Assembly (NCBI GenBank): GCA_043778415.1
Contig: JAYWGG010000356.1
Coordinates: 1 to 47,828 of the forward strand
From: Saprospiraceae bacterium
GTDB lineage: Bacteria; Bacteroidota; Bacteroidia; Chitinophagales; Saprospiraceae
Direction: 5' to 3'
DNA: 47,828 nt
Shown: positions 18,478-28,821 of the stretch, one piece after another
Numbering within the stretch: position 1 is the stretch's first letter
Layout: each line of letters starts with the position of its first letter
Position numbers and translations under genes: made by a program
The notes under the pieces: generated by a model
What the model was told of the DNA's origin: nothing
Database searches by the model: none
What the model saw: only the letters and a program-made list of their open reading frames with translations

Positions 18478-18593
18478 GCTTTAGCTGTTGTATAAAAAAA
18501 ATGGTGCATCGGCTTTAGCCAAATACTTGCCCCAAGCGAGTCGTTTAGGCTAAAGCCAATACCAATTATTATTCGTTGCCCAACTGCTAAAGC
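18478..18593. promoter_or_regulatory. Array of four GCTTTAGC/GCTAAAGC motifs upstream of rpoD
   Basis: gctttagc at 18478 and 18512. gctaaagc at 18549 and 18586. Spacing is 34, 37 and 37 bp, in a two-plus-two inverted arrangement. The two outer motifs sit at the tips of local hairpins. Confidence 0.4.
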
Positions 18594-18661
18594 AGTCGGC
18601 TATTAATGCAGACTAAATAGGCGCAAGTACTTAACAAACTCTAACTTGGAGAAGTTTAATT

Positions 18662-20086
18662 TTATTTGCCTTTGCCTTGCGTCAGCACCAAAATCGTGTA
18701 AAACATAATCTTGAAATCTAACGCGAGCGAGCGATTTTCGATGTAGAGAATATCGAATTTGAGGCGTTGGAGCATTTCTTCTACGCTTGATGCGTAGCCG
18801 TATTTTACTTGTCCCCACGAAGTGATGCCCGGGCGAACTTTCAGCAAATGCTTGTAGTGCGGCGCACGCGCCATGATTTGTTCGATGTAATATTGCCGCT
18901 CGGGGCGCGGACCTACGAGCGACATATCGCCGATGAGGACGTTCCAGAATTGCGGCAGCTCATCGAATCGCCACTTGCGCATCGTAGCTCCCCACGGCGT
19001 GCAACGGTTGTCGCCGTCCCGCGAAAGCTGTGGTCCGAGCTGTTCGGCACCAACGTACATGGAGCGAAATTTGAAGATTTTGAACGGTCGTCCATTCAGT
19101 CCGATGCGTTCTTGGACGAAAAAAATAGGTCCCGACGACGATAATTTTACCCTAAAAATAATGAACGCATAGAGCGGCGAAAGCAGCAGCAAAAAAAGTA
19201 AGCTGGCTATCACGTCCACCAAACGTTTGAAAAGTCGCTGCCAATGTGGCATCATTTCTTGTTTGATTTCGATGAGGACGGCTCCGTAGAGGTGGTTCAT
19301 TTTGACCGTTCCGAGCATAATATCGTACATATCGGGAATGATTTTGATGAGTATTTTGTCGTCAAAATCAAATAAAATATTCAGAATATCGCGCAGTCGG
19401 TTGTGTTCGGAGGTTTCGATAGCGATGATAACTTCTTCGATGGCGTGCTGTCGAATTACGTTTTCGAGGTTCTCTATTTTGCCGAGTTTGGTGAGGTACA
19501 TGGCGAGTTCGTTGCTGCTTTGCCCGTTGGTATCTATGAATCCGACGAAATTATTGCCGAGTGCTTTTTTGCGCTGCGCAATATCTTCGTAGAGTTCGAG
19601 CGCGTTGGCGTTGCCGCCCACGATGAGTGTTTTGTAAGTCACCAAGCCTGACTTGAGCCTTCGGCTGGCGCGCGTGAGCAGTATCATGCGCATCGTGACG
19701 GTGAGCAAAAAGTGGCAGGCAAAGAGTGCGAAAAATGATTTGTAGTAAGTTCGGTAGCCTTTTACGAAGTCGTCCAAAATGAGTGTAAAAAATAAAAATG
19801 TGACTCCCAAAAAAGTGAGAAAAAACGTTTTGGTCAGCACAGAAAGTCGGCTCATTCGGTAGAGGTCGCGGTACTCATCAAAGATAGAATAAAACAAAGC
19901 CCAGCCGGTGGGAATTACCAAAACGCCGAAATAAAAATTTTGGTCTTGCAGCAGAGTTTCCCATTTCCAATCGAAGCCCTCCACATTTTTTCTATACATA
20001 AAAAATACGACCCACGCCGCCATCGCCATCAAAAAGTCGGCGAATGCGTAGAGCAAAATATCTCGTTGGCGTTGTCGTTTAGTCAT
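18662..20086 (-). CDS. Polyprenyl glycosylphosphotransferase (WbaP/exopolysaccharide sugar transferase family)
   Basis: 474 aa. N-terminal transmembrane segments. C-terminal bacterial sugar transferase domain: KRLVDVIASLL...GPIFFVQERIGLNGRPFKIFKFRSM...DELPQFWNVLIGDMSLVGPRP. Confidence 0.88.
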   Translation of the reverse strand: MTKRQRQRDILLYAFADFLMAMAAWVVFFMYRKNVEGFDWKWETLLQDQNFYFGVLVIPTGWALFYSIFDEYRDLYRMSRLSVLTKTFFLTFLGVTFLFFTLILDDFVKGYRTYYKSFFALFACHFLLTVTMRMILLTRASRRLKSGLVTYKTLIVGGNANALELYEDIAQRKKALGNNFVGFIDTNGQSSNELAMYLTKLGKIENLENVIRQHAIEEVIIAIETSEHNRLRDILNILFDFDDKILIKIIPDMYDIMLGTVKMNHLYGAVLIEIKQEMMPHWQRLFKRLVDVIASLLFLLLLSPLYAFIIFRVKLSSSGPIFFVQERIGLNGRPFKIFKFRSMYVGAEQLGPQLSRDGDNRCTPWGATMRKWRFDELPQFWNVLIGDMSLVGPRPERQYYIEQIMARAPHYKHLLKVRPGITSWGQVKYGYASSVEEMLQRLKFDILYIENRSLALDFKIMFYTILVLTQGKGK

Positions 20087-20136
20087 TTATTAGTTTCTGA
20101 TAGCTATTTGTTGAGTCTGAAGAGAATAGAATGGGT

Positions 20137-21018
20137 TTAGAAGTACAAAAATTTAATATTGTCAATAAATATTTTTCCGCTCATCTGCGTAAAATTACCA
20201 TTGGTGTCAATCGGCAATCCTGCGCGAAGCGCAAATTTATAACTTTTTAGTTGGGACGCTACCAGAGGGCGCGTAAAATTGACATAAACTTTTCCCCACG
20301 TTTTTTTGCCCAACAGGTTCAAATCGTAGTAGGGAAACGTGTTGCCGTCGGCATCTAACCCAACCAATCCGATGCGCACATCTACGTCCGACCAGTAGTT
20401 GAGTTCCGCCCAAACCTGCGTAGCTCCCTGCGTCTGCAAGCCCGAGTAGGAGTCAATGGTCGCCACTTCCACAAATGCGTTGGCGGTGTCAAGTACGATC
20501 ATGCCAGACTTCATGCCCTCAAAAACATTTTCGGTGCTGGCGACTATTTTGGTATTCAGGTTGAGGTCGCGGTCGTCGCGGAGCAGTTGGCTGGCACTCT
20601 CAAAATTTTCGATAAAAGCGAATTTTGTCGTGCTGGTGTAGGAAAAAACTGGGCTTACGGTATCTATTTTTTGGGGCGAAAGCTGCAGCGAAAAAACATT
20701 GGGAGCGTAAAAAGGGTACAAAACGGGTGCGGCGAGAATACCATTTTCGTGTACGCCCGCAAAGATTCTGAACTCATGCTGCCCAGTAGCGAGGACTGGA
20801 AAGGTAGCGGGCAGTGGATAGCCGCCCAAAAAATTATTGTCCATATAAACCCACGCTTCGGTAATTTTGCTCGACACACTGCCTTCTTGGTCGTTCCGAA
20901 CTTGCAGCGTCATCTTTGGGATATGGACGTAGGCTGGGATTTGCGCCTCCTTGCTCGTGCAAGACACCATCGAAGTCAGCAGGATTGCTGCGAAAATAAT
21001 TGAATAAATAGCTTTCAT
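20137..21018 (-). CDS. Hypothetical lipoprotein
   Basis: Signal MKAIYSIIFAAILLTSMVSC (internal Met chosen; the ORF track extends to 21048). I recognise no catalytic motif. Confidence 0.5.
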   Translation of the reverse strand: MKAIYSIIFAAILLTSMVSCTSKEAQIPAYVHIPKMTLQVRNDQEGSVSSKITEAWVYMDNNFLGGYPLPATFPVLATGQHEFRIFAGVHENGILAAPVLYPFYAPNVFSLQLSPQKIDTVSPVFSYTSTTKFAFIENFESASQLLRDDRDLNLNTKIVASTENVFEGMKSGMIVLDTANAFVEVATIDSYSGLQTQGATQVWAELNYWSDVDVRIGLVGLDADGNTFPYYDLNLLGKKTWGKVYVNFTRPLVASQLKSYKFALRAGLPIDTNGNFTQMSGKIFIDNIKFLYF

Positions 21019-21057
21019 ATTTTTTGTTTTAGTCGTATTTTGTGACATTCGAGTTTT

Positions 21058-22041
21058 TTAGCCTAATTGTGCTACGATTCGGTGGGCGACCTCCAGAGCA
21101 CGAAACCCGTCTTCGAGTGTCACACGCACCGCCGAGCCGTCCAAAATACTGGCTGCGAATGTTTCCAATTCCATTTTTATAGCGTTGCTTGGCTGGATTT
21201 CGGGCATTTGTATCTGTATCATTTTCGTACTGCCGTCCGCCGTTTCGAGTTCCATGAGATTGGCTTCGGGCGGCATTTTAGCAGCCGTTTCGGGGTCGAA
21301 GAGCCGAATAATTTGGGCTTGTTTGTCCAAAAAATCAAGACTGATGTAAGCATCTTTCTGAAAAAATCGGACTTTTCTCATCTGTTTCAAGCTGATTCGG
21401 CTGGCGGTCAAGTTAGCCACACAGCCGTTCTCGAACTCCAATCGGGCGTTGCAAATATCGGGAGTCTGACTGACTACCGCCACGCCGCTCGCGCTCACAC
21501 TCCGCAGCGGCGACCGCACCAAACTCAACACAATATCCAAGTCGTGAATCATCAAATCCAGCACCACAGATACGTCCGTCCCGCGCGGATTGAAGGTTGC
21601 CAAACGGTGCGCTTCAATAAACATAGGCTGCAAAGCTACATCGCCAAGTGCCAAAAAAGCGGGATTGAAACGCTCCACATGACCGACTTGAATAATTAAT
21701 TTTGGCGAATTGTGACATAGTTCTACGATTTTTTTTCCTTCTTCTACCGTATTTGTAAGGGGTTTTTCGACAAAAATATGTTTGCCTGCGCGGACGGCTC
21801 GCTCCAACAGTTCAAAGTGCGTAATCGTCGGGGTCACGATGTCCGCCGCATCTACGGCAGCCAAAAGCTGGTCAGCATCTCCAAAACGCGGGATTCCGAA
21901 AGTCGCTTCTACGGCTTCGGCAGCCTCGTCGTTGGGGTCAAAAAAGCCAACTAATTCAAGTCGCGGTATTTGCTGAATACATTTTAGGTGTATTTTGCCG
22001 AGATGTCCTACTCCAAAAAGCCCAATTTTTAATTTCTGCAT
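21058..22041 (-). CDS. Gfo/Idh/MocA family NAD(P)-dependent oxidoreductase
   Basis: 327 aa with N-terminal Rossmann KIGLFGVGHLGKIH and EKPL in HIFVEKPLT. Confidence 0.85.
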   Translation of the reverse strand: MQKLKIGLFGVGHLGKIHLKCIQQIPRLELVGFFDPNDEAAEAVEATFGIPRFGDADQLLAAVDAADIVTPTITHFELLERAVRAGKHIFVEKPLTNTVEEGKKIVELCHNSPKLIIQVGHVERFNPAFLALGDVALQPMFIEAHRLATFNPRGTDVSVVLDLMIHDLDIVLSLVRSPLRSVSASGVAVVSQTPDICNARLEFENGCVANLTASRISLKQMRKVRFFQKDAYISLDFLDKQAQIIRLFDPETAAKMPPEANLMELETADGSTKMIQIQMPEIQPSNAIKMELETFAASILDGSAVRVTLEDGFRALEVAHRIVAQLG

Positions 22042-22154
22042 AAAATTTTTTCAAAAAACGAAGGCAAAAGTACATATTTGGGAACGATATTTTTTTATTT
22101 TAGGTATATCAAAGTATTTATTTTAACAAAAAATTTAGCCTAAAAAAACCGTAA

Positions 22155-22194
22155 GAACGCGTCCAAAACAAATTACTTTACTTTTCTCCATTCC
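22155..22194. repeat. Short (about 40 bp) form of the intergenic repeat
   Basis: gaacgcgtccaaaacaaattactttacttttctccattcc matches the first ~33 bp plus the last ~7 bp of the 155-bp element, without the central ~115 bp. Confidence 0.55.
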
Positions 22195-22278
22195 AAAAAA
22201 CCAACGTCTAAAATATTTATCAATTTTTTAATTTAAAAAAACAACTACCATATTGTGTTTTGTAGTATTTTTAGGGCT

Positions 22279-24912
22279 ATGAAACAATTATATTTTACAC
22301 TGTTAGTCTGCCTTTTTGCGTCTGCTCCGCTTCGTGCGCAGCTGCAAGACGATTTTTCCGATGGAGATTTCAATACAGGCACTGTTTGGCTCGGAGATGC
22401 CGCCAATTTTACGGTCAATGCTGCCAAAGAATTACAGCTCAATGCGCCTGCGCCGTTGCCGTCGGGAAGTTCTGACACGTCACAGATTTACACTTTTGTA
22501 AATTTTCCAGACAGCGTTATTTGGGATTTTTACCTTCGGTTGGGCTTCGCTCCGTCCACTTCCAATCAGTCAAGAATCTATCTGCAAGCCGACCAAAATA
22601 CGCTCGCCAACTCCAACGCTTACTACTTGGAATTGGGCGAAACCAACGCCGATACGCTCAAACTCTTTCGGCAAGATGCCAACGGAACTATCACAAAAGT
22701 AGCTGTTTGCACACAAGGTTTTTCGGTTTCCATAAAAGCTAAAATACGCGTAACTCGCACATTTTCAGGAGTTTGGAATATTTTTACGGATTATTCGGGT
22801 GGAAATAATTTGACTTTGGAGGCTTCGGCAACCGATAACATTCACAAAAGCGTGGACGCACAAACTTTTGGTTTTTGGTGCAAATATACTTCGGGCAACA
22901 AGGACAAGTTTTTCTTCGACGACATAAAAATTTCTTCGCTTTTGCCCGACTCGCAGCCGCCTGTTTTGTTGGGTGCAACCGTAGCAAACGCCAATTTATT
23001 AGATGTCACATTCAACGAAAAATTAGATAATAATTTTGCCTCCAATAAAAATAATTTTTCTATCAATCAGGGAATCGGCGCACCAGCCGCCGCCGCTTTG
23101 GACGCTGTGAATAAGAATATTTTGCACCTGACTTTACAGAATCCGCTACCGAGCAACCAGTATATTTTGACTGTCACAAATGCAAAAGATACCGTAGGAA
23201 ACGTGAGTTCGGTCGCTCAAATTACTAATTTTGCTTACATCAGTTTTCAGACTGCCGACCGCTTCGACCTCCTCCTCAATGAAATTATGGCAGACCCAAC
23301 TCCCACGATAGGTTCTTTGCCCGCCGTCGAATACATCGAAATTTATAATCGAAGCAATAAAACGATAAATTTGAGCGGCTTTCAGCTTTCCAATGGAAAT
23401 GTTACTCGCACCACGCTGCCGTACTACGCATTGCAACCAAAACAATATTTGGTAATATTCGATAATCAACAAAATATAAAATTTCCTACTTTGGATACTT
23501 TGAGCGTCACTTCGCTTATTTCGTTCAGCAACGATGGCGACGATGTCAGTTTGATTGCGCCCAACGGGGACGTAGTAGATGCTGTCACTTACGATATTTC
23601 TTGGTATCAAAATACCCAAAAAGCGGCTGGCGGCTGGTCTTTGGAGCGCATCAATCCGTCCGCGCCCTGCGACAACAGCAGCAGCAACTGGTCGGCTTGC
23701 AGCAATCCAAACGGCGGTACGCCTGGCTTCGCAAATTCAGTTCTCAAATTAGAAAATGATACCAAATCGCCTAACTTATCGTTGGCTTTTCCGAGTTCGA
23801 GTACAGAAATTTTAGTGACTTTTGATGAAGGTTTGGACGCTTCTACGGCTTCTACGGCTTCTAATTATACCATTTCTGACGGTATCGCTGTGTTGTCTGC
23901 GGCTTTACAAAATGCTGATAATAAGCAAGTTAAGTTAATTTTACAGAACCCTTTGCAGACAAATACAGTTTATACATTTACTGCCAAAGTCGGCATCAAA
24001 GACTGCGCGGGCAACGCACTTTTGCAAAATGCGACGCTTCGATTGGCGATACCGCAAACGCCGATCGCAAAAGATATTATCATCAACGAAGTTTTATTCA
24101 ATGCGCCGACGGGTGGCGTGGATTTTGTGGAGCTTTACAATCGCTCCAAAAAAGTCGTGAACGTCAGTGAATTGAGAATCGGGAATTTCGCCAACGGCAA
24201 CCAAAGTATCCAACCCATTTCTGCGAATTATTTGCTTTTTCCGAATGAATATATTGCGCTTACCCCAAAAATTGTGACCACTAAAAATTCATTTTTTGTA
24301 AAAAATCCAACAGCACTTTTAGAAAACGCACTCCCAACTTTGGACGATAAAGCTGGAAATGTGACATTGTTTACTTCGGGAATTTTTAATATCAATATCA
24401 TAGATTCCCTCGATTATGACGAATCTTGGCACAATGCACTGCTTTCCGATAAGAATGGAGTTTCGCTCGAGCGCGTCAATCCGTCCTTGCCGACCAATGA
24501 CAAAAACAACTGGCAGTCCGCCGCCGCTTCGGTAGGTTACGCTACGCCAACGTACAAAAATTCGCAGTATTTAGAGTCGTCTGCGCCTGCTGGAACAGAT
24601 ATTTTTACGCTGGCGAAAGATGTCTTTTCGCCCGACGGCGACGGCTACGAAGATTTTTTATCCCTTGATTATCAAACAGATAGGTCTGGTTATCTGGCTT
24701 CGGTACGGATTTTTGATAGCAGCGGACGTTTGGTAAAAAATCTGCTCAAAAACGAATTGCTCGCCACGCAAGGCAGCCTCCGCTGGGACGGAGATTTGGA
24801 CTCTGGCTCGAAAGCCCGCATCGGAATTTATATCCTGCACCTACAAATTACGGCGGCGGACGGAACGGTAAAAGAACAGAAATTGACCTGTGTAGTCGCT
24901 GCAAAATTGTAA
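22279..24912 (+). CDS. Secreted lamin-tail-domain (LTD) repeat protein
   Basis: Signal MKQLYFTLLVCLFASAPLRAQ (internal Met chosen; ORF track start is 22255). Two LTD-like modules: LLLNEIMADP...EYIEIYNRS and IIINEVLFNAP...DFVELYNRS. C-terminal FSPDGDGYEDFL beta-sandwich-type domain. Confidence 0.7.
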   Translation: MKQLYFTLLVCLFASAPLRAQLQDDFSDGDFNTGTVWLGDAANFTVNAAKELQLNAPAPLPSGSSDTSQIYTFVNFPDSVIWDFYLRLGFAPSTSNQSRIYLQADQNTLANSNAYYLELGETNADTLKLFRQDANGTITKVAVCTQGFSVSIKAKIRVTRTFSGVWNIFTDYSGGNNLTLEASATDNIHKSVDAQTFGFWCKYTSGNKDKFFFDDIKISSLLPDSQPPVLLGATVANANLLDVTFNEKLDNNFASNKNNFSINQGIGAPAAAALDAVNKNILHLTLQNPLPSNQYILTVTNAKDTVGNVSSVAQITNFAYISFQTADRFDLLLNEIMADPTPTIGSLPAVEYIEIYNRSNKTINLSGFQLSNGNVTRTTLPYYALQPKQYLVIFDNQQNIKFPTLDTLSVTSLISFSNDGDDVSLIAPNGDVVDAVTYDISWYQNTQKAAGGWSLERINPSAPCDNSSSNWSACSNPNGGTPGFANSVLKLENDTKSPNLSLAFPSSSTEILVTFDEGLDASTASTASNYTISDGIAVLSAALQNADNKQVKLILQNPLQTNTVYTFTAKVGIKDCAGNALLQNATLRLAIPQTPIAKDIIINEVLFNAPTGGVDFVELYNRSKKVVNVSELRIGNFANGNQSIQPISANYLLFPNEYIALTPKIVTTKNSFFVKNPTALLENALPTLDDKAGNVTLFTSGIFNINIIDSLDYDESWHNALLSDKNGVSLERVNPSLPTNDKNNWQSAAASVGYATPTYKNSQYLESSAPAGTDIFTLAKDVFSPDGDGYEDFLSLDYQTDRSGYLASVRIFDSSGRLVKNLLKNELLATQGSLRWDGDLDSGSKARIGIYILHLQITAADGTVKEQKLTCVVAAKL

Positions 24913-24994
24913 AATTATTTGCTTATTAGTGACATGGATTATTTGACGCATAAGTTAATGATTGACAAAACTTATAATAAAAAAACTAAAAAAA

Positions 24995-25031
24995 AGCATT
25001 TATTGTGCGAACACAATAAATGCTTTTTTTT
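24995..25031. terminator. Bidirectional intrinsic terminator between convergent genes
   Basis: 13-bp perfect stem agcatttattgtg / cacaataaatgct with loop cgaa, flanked by an A-run and a T-run. Confidence 0.85.
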
Positions 25032-25054
25032 AGTTTCAGCTTCTAAAAATGAAG

Positions 25055-28000
25055 CTAATTTTTTACTACTTTAATCACTTGTTGTTTTCCGTTGCCAAAG
25101 ATATGCAAAAAGTAAATGCCGTCGGCAAAATTAGAACATTCTACGACAGTTGTATTTTCGGATAATTTTTGTTGTGATATTTTTTCTCCCAAAATATTAT
25201 ACAATTCATAGCGGCTGTCTGCAAAATATTCCTGTTGCACGATAGTCAGTTGATTGCTCGTGGGGTTCGGAAATACTTTGACCAAATTAGGCTGCTCGGC
25301 ATCTGCGGTGGCGGTCAAGACGCGCGTTCCGTTGGCGAACCAAACGCCCCATTTCGTATTGTTTTTGTAGGTAGCGGGCGTGCCAGTGGCGTTGATTTTG
25401 TCCGCCGCCATATTTGCGATGACCAACAAATCGGTGTTGTTGTTGTTCGTGCCGAGGATTACTTTGTTGTCCAAGCGCGAAAAATTTGGATAGCCGGGCT
25501 GATTATTTTGGTAAATAGTTCCCGTCGTTCCGTTTTCGATGTTGATTCCGATGACTACATACTGGTCTTGCTCTTGGTCGATGTAATCTACAGCCACGAC
25601 GGACGGCGAATTTTTAGAAAAAGTAGGGTTGCCGATGCTGATTCCGTTGGGAAGGCTGGAAAATAATTTCTGAATTTTGCCGTCGCCGAAATTTCCCGCA
25701 CTCTTGTTGTAAGCTCTCAAAATGCCTACGTCCCAGTAATTGACGGGCGCAGAGCCGTTGTTGATTTCGTTGTAAGAGTCATAAATTACATTATTTCCAG
25801 AATAATCCCACTCCAAAGCGTCTGCGAATTTCACGTCGCCCGTCGTAATTCCGTCTGTATAAGTCGGATTGTAGAGCGTAAATAACTTCCAAGGATTAGC
25901 GACTGCGTTGAAGTCGTAGGTATATATTTGGTTCACTTCCTGCTCTGGCACTGCCGCAAGCTGGTAGCCGTCTTTTGAAAGTGCCGCATTTTTCCAAATA
26001 GGGTCGTCGCTGATGATTTCTTCGGGACCAAAACTTCCTGCTGCCCAATCAATCGGAATATAGTGAATTTTTTTGTCCGTACCGATAAACACAACCTCCG
26101 AGCCGTCGTCCGAAATGCTCGGCTTGCTGATGTGCGCAGTTGTGCTTAACACGGTCGGCGATGTTCCCGCAGGGTTAGAAATAAAAATTTTCGTTTGTCC
26201 AGCGTCAGAATACAAAATTAAATCTTGTCCGGGATTCGGAGGGATACTCGTTTGGTAATTCGTGCCGCCTGTGCCGCCGCCCGAGCCGCCAGCGATTCCG
26301 ACTGCGTCGAAAGCTTGGACTGCCGCCGTATTGACTGCCGCGCCGTAGTTCAGGTCTGCAATAGACTGAATAACGGCGTTGCGAAGGTCTGTAAATTTGG
26401 AGGATTTTGTCAAATATTTTGTCAAAGCACGATAAAAAACTTGCTCGCCTTTGTCTTTTCCGACCGCCGCGTTGTTGGCGAACTTGTAATATGCAAAATT
26501 TGGAATCCCACTATTGATATGCACGCCGCCGTTGTCCTGACTGCCCGTGTAACGCTCGCTGTAGCTTTGCGGCTGCCAGCCGGGGCTGCCCAAGCCGCTT
26601 CCGCCGTTGTGTGGATTGGACAAATCACGCAGCGCACCGCTTGGGAAGCTGCCGATTTTGACTACATCTTCGCCCATTTGCCAGTCGTTGCGGTCAATCA
26701 TTGCGCCAAAAATATCGGCGAAAGATTCGTTGAGTGCGCCCGATTCGCCTTGATAATTCAGGTTGGCAGTGCTTTGGATAACGCCGTGCGACATCTCGTG
26801 TCCGGCTACGTCCAAGCCGCGCGCCAGTGGTTTGAAAGCCTGACTTCCGTTGCCGTAAAACATAGCTTCGCCGTTCCAAAAAGCATTATCCAAGCCGCCG
26901 CCGTTGTCGTCCGCCACATTGATGAGCGAAATAATAGTGCCGCCCGCGCCGTTGATGGAGTTGCGATTGAACGTATTTTTGTAGTAGGTGTAAGCAACTC
27001 CGCCGTTGTAATGAGCCGAAATGGCAGTCGCATTATTCCAAGAATTATTAGAAGACGTGACATGGTCGTATTGAAATCCGTTTCCAGAAGGAGAAGTATT
27101 CATCGCATCGAGCGTCCAGACAGCTCCGATAGGGTCGTTGGGCATCGTAGAAGCTGTCGCCTGATACATCGGACGAGAAATGTCAATCATGTAGTAACCA
27201 CTGCCTTTTTGGTAGGTATTGACGAGTCGAGTTACGCCGAGCAAGTCGGTTGCGGTAGCGGTCGCGGGTCCGTCCAAGGGCGGAGGAGCGAGCGTATTAT
27301 TTTTTTCTAATTTAATATCTTTGTGACATTCATGGAGCGTATTTTCGTTGTGTGCAAAGCGACATACGTTGTTGTATTTGTTCAAAATCTTGCCAGTCTT
27401 TGCGTCCGCAAAATATTCCCAACGGTCTAAAATATTTGGTACGATCGTCCAGTGCCAGACCAAAACGGGCGTTTTTTTGTCGTCGTGCCAGATGATAAGT
27501 TGCGGCTCTGCGTCTGCTTTTACCAATCTTTTTTCGGCATCTGTGAGTGTTTTTAGTTTAGAAACTCTCGAAACATCACTGCGAATGGCTTGTTTTGCTT
27601 GCTCCGAAGATATTGCGGGTACAATATTCGGAATCGTTGGAGTCGGAAAAGTATTTCCGTTGAGCATAAATATTACTCCATTTTTTTCGTGCGCGATGAG
27701 TTCGCCGCCCCACACGTCCACGCCTTTGTACTGTTGTTGTAGCCAAGTGTGAGTAACTCCCAAATCATCGGTTTCTGTCTTTTTTGTGACAAATTCGCTT
27801 GTGACATTTTTTATTTTCCAAAAATATTGTGTTGCCTCCAAGTAAGTCTGGAGCTGCAACCGTGCGTCTGCGGCGGTGGCGACCAAGCTGCCCGTGACCA
27901 TAGACGGCTGCGCGTCCGACGAGTTGATGAAGCGCAAATTGGGCTGTTCGGGGCGGGCAATCGTCGGCGGCGGAAGTGTTTTGAAGTTTAATTCTGTCAA

Positions 28001-28183
28001 GTTTTTTAGGACATTGGCGGCAGGCGGCACGCCTTTTTTAATATTTTTTAGGGGTTTTAGCTGCGAAATATCAATGCTGCTGCCAGTGCCGACCGTAGGC
28101 GTGCGTTGAAATTTATTTTGAGCAAACGCCGAATGACTTGCGAGCGACAGGACTAAAAATGTGATAAAAAAAGAATGTTTCAT
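25055..28183 (-). CDS. Secreted M4 (thermolysin-family) metalloprotease with C-terminal T9SS sorting domain
   Basis: 1042 aa. Signal peptide. HEMSHG zinc motif plus GALNESFADIFG. The long C-terminal region ends in VFPNPTSNQLTI...GIYFLHIF...VIKVVKN, typical of a Por/T9SS CTD. Confidence 0.9.
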   Translation of the reverse strand: MKHSFFITFLVLSLASHSAFAQNKFQRTPTVGTGSSIDISQLKPLKNIKKGVPPAANVLKNLTELNFKTLPPPTIARPEQPNLRFINSSDAQPSMVTGSLVATAADARLQLQTYLEATQYFWKIKNVTSEFVTKKTETDDLGVTHTWLQQQYKGVDVWGGELIAHEKNGVIFMLNGNTFPTPTIPNIVPAISSEQAKQAIRSDVSRVSKLKTLTDAEKRLVKADAEPQLIIWHDDKKTPVLVWHWTIVPNILDRWEYFADAKTGKILNKYNNVCRFAHNENTLHECHKDIKLEKNNTLAPPPLDGPATATATDLLGVTRLVNTYQKGSGYYMIDISRPMYQATASTMPNDPIGAVWTLDAMNTSPSGNGFQYDHVTSSNNSWNNATAISAHYNGGVAYTYYKNTFNRNSINGAGGTIISLINVADDNGGGLDNAFWNGEAMFYGNGSQAFKPLARGLDVAGHEMSHGVIQSTANLNYQGESGALNESFADIFGAMIDRNDWQMGEDVVKIGSFPSGALRDLSNPHNGGSGLGSPGWQPQSYSERYTGSQDNGGVHINSGIPNFAYYKFANNAAVGKDKGEQVFYRALTKYLTKSSKFTDLRNAVIQSIADLNYGAAVNTAAVQAFDAVGIAGGSGGGTGGTNYQTSIPPNPGQDLILYSDAGQTKIFISNPAGTSPTVLSTTAHISKPSISDDGSEVVFIGTDKKIHYIPIDWAAGSFGPEEIISDDPIWKNAALSKDGYQLAAVPEQEVNQIYTYDFNAVANPWKLFTLYNPTYTDGITTGDVKFADALEWDYSGNNVIYDSYNEINNGSAPVNYWDVGILRAYNKSAGNFGDGKIQKLFSSLPNGISIGNPTFSKNSPSVVAVDYIDQEQDQYVVIGINIENGTTGTIYQNNQPGYPNFSRLDNKVILGTNNNNTDLLVIANMAADKINATGTPATYKNNTKWGVWFANGTRVLTATADAEQPNLVKVFPNPTSNQLTIVQQEYFADSRYELYNILGEKISQQKLSENTTVVECSNFADGIYFLHIFGNGKQQVIKVVKN

Positions 28184-28213
28184 AGTAAAGTTAAGAATAT
28201 TGAGGGTGAAAAA

Positions 28214-28687
28214 TTAGCGATTGGGAGTTTGAGTGGGTTCTATTTTTTTAGGTTCTTGAACTAAAAGGTTTAGGGCGCGGTAGAAAATATCAGCAGACTT
28301 GTGGGACGGCGATTTCGTGCGACTCCACACGAATCGGCGCGGATTTTCGCCAGTTTGCTTGTCCCGAAGCTCCAAAAAACTGTAGGTATTGGAAGGGTCG
28401 TTGATGGTATCTTTCACGGAAGTGAACAAATTGCGTCCTTCAATAAAATATTGCTTCGCAATTTTTTTATTCGCCGACTTAATAGCTGCCCAAACCGAAT
28501 CTTGCCCTATTTTTTTGAAGATTTGTCCGTTGTCGAGCAACAAAAAAGACGTTTCTATGCCCGCAAATCCACCGCCATTCCCGAATATAATTTGTTCGGC
28601 AGGCAGCTTACTCGCCGAATATTTTGGAGCGCAAGCTGTGGCTGCACAAATTATCAGCGCAATCAAGTAAAATAAAGTTTGTTTCAT
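28214..28687 (-). CDS. Hypothetical lipoprotein
   Basis: 157 aa with signal and lipobox LIICAATAC. No recognised domain. Confidence 0.5.
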   Translation of the reverse strand: MKQTLFYLIALIICAATACAPKYSASKLPAEQIIFGNGGGFAGIETSFLLLDNGQIFKKIGQDSVWAAIKSANKKIAKQYFIEGRNLFTSVKDTINDPSNTYSFLELRDKQTGENPRRFVWSRTKSPSHKSADIFYRALNLLVQEPKKIEPTQTPNR

Positions 28688-28787
28688 CTGATATATGTAT
28701 TAATATACAAAGGTAAGAAAAAAGGATTGTTTTTTTGGATTTGTTACTTCATTATTGAATAATTCTAAAAAAGTGAAATAAAAAAAT

Positions 28788-28795
28788 TAAATTTG
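28788..28795 (+). promoter_or_regulatory. Candidate -7 promoter box (TAnnTTTG) for the Type IIG gene
   Basis: taaatttg lies 27 nt upstream of the ATG at 28822. This is a motif match only. Confidence 0.3.
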
Positions 28796-28821
28796 CAATC
28801 GAACAAAAGAAAATAGTTGCG

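Noticed and set aside
18603-18818. A 71-aa minus-strand ORF overlapping the 3-prime end of the glycosylphosphotransferase gene.
   Set aside because: It is an alternative frame of a well-supported gene, has an arginine-rich composition, and has no motif support.
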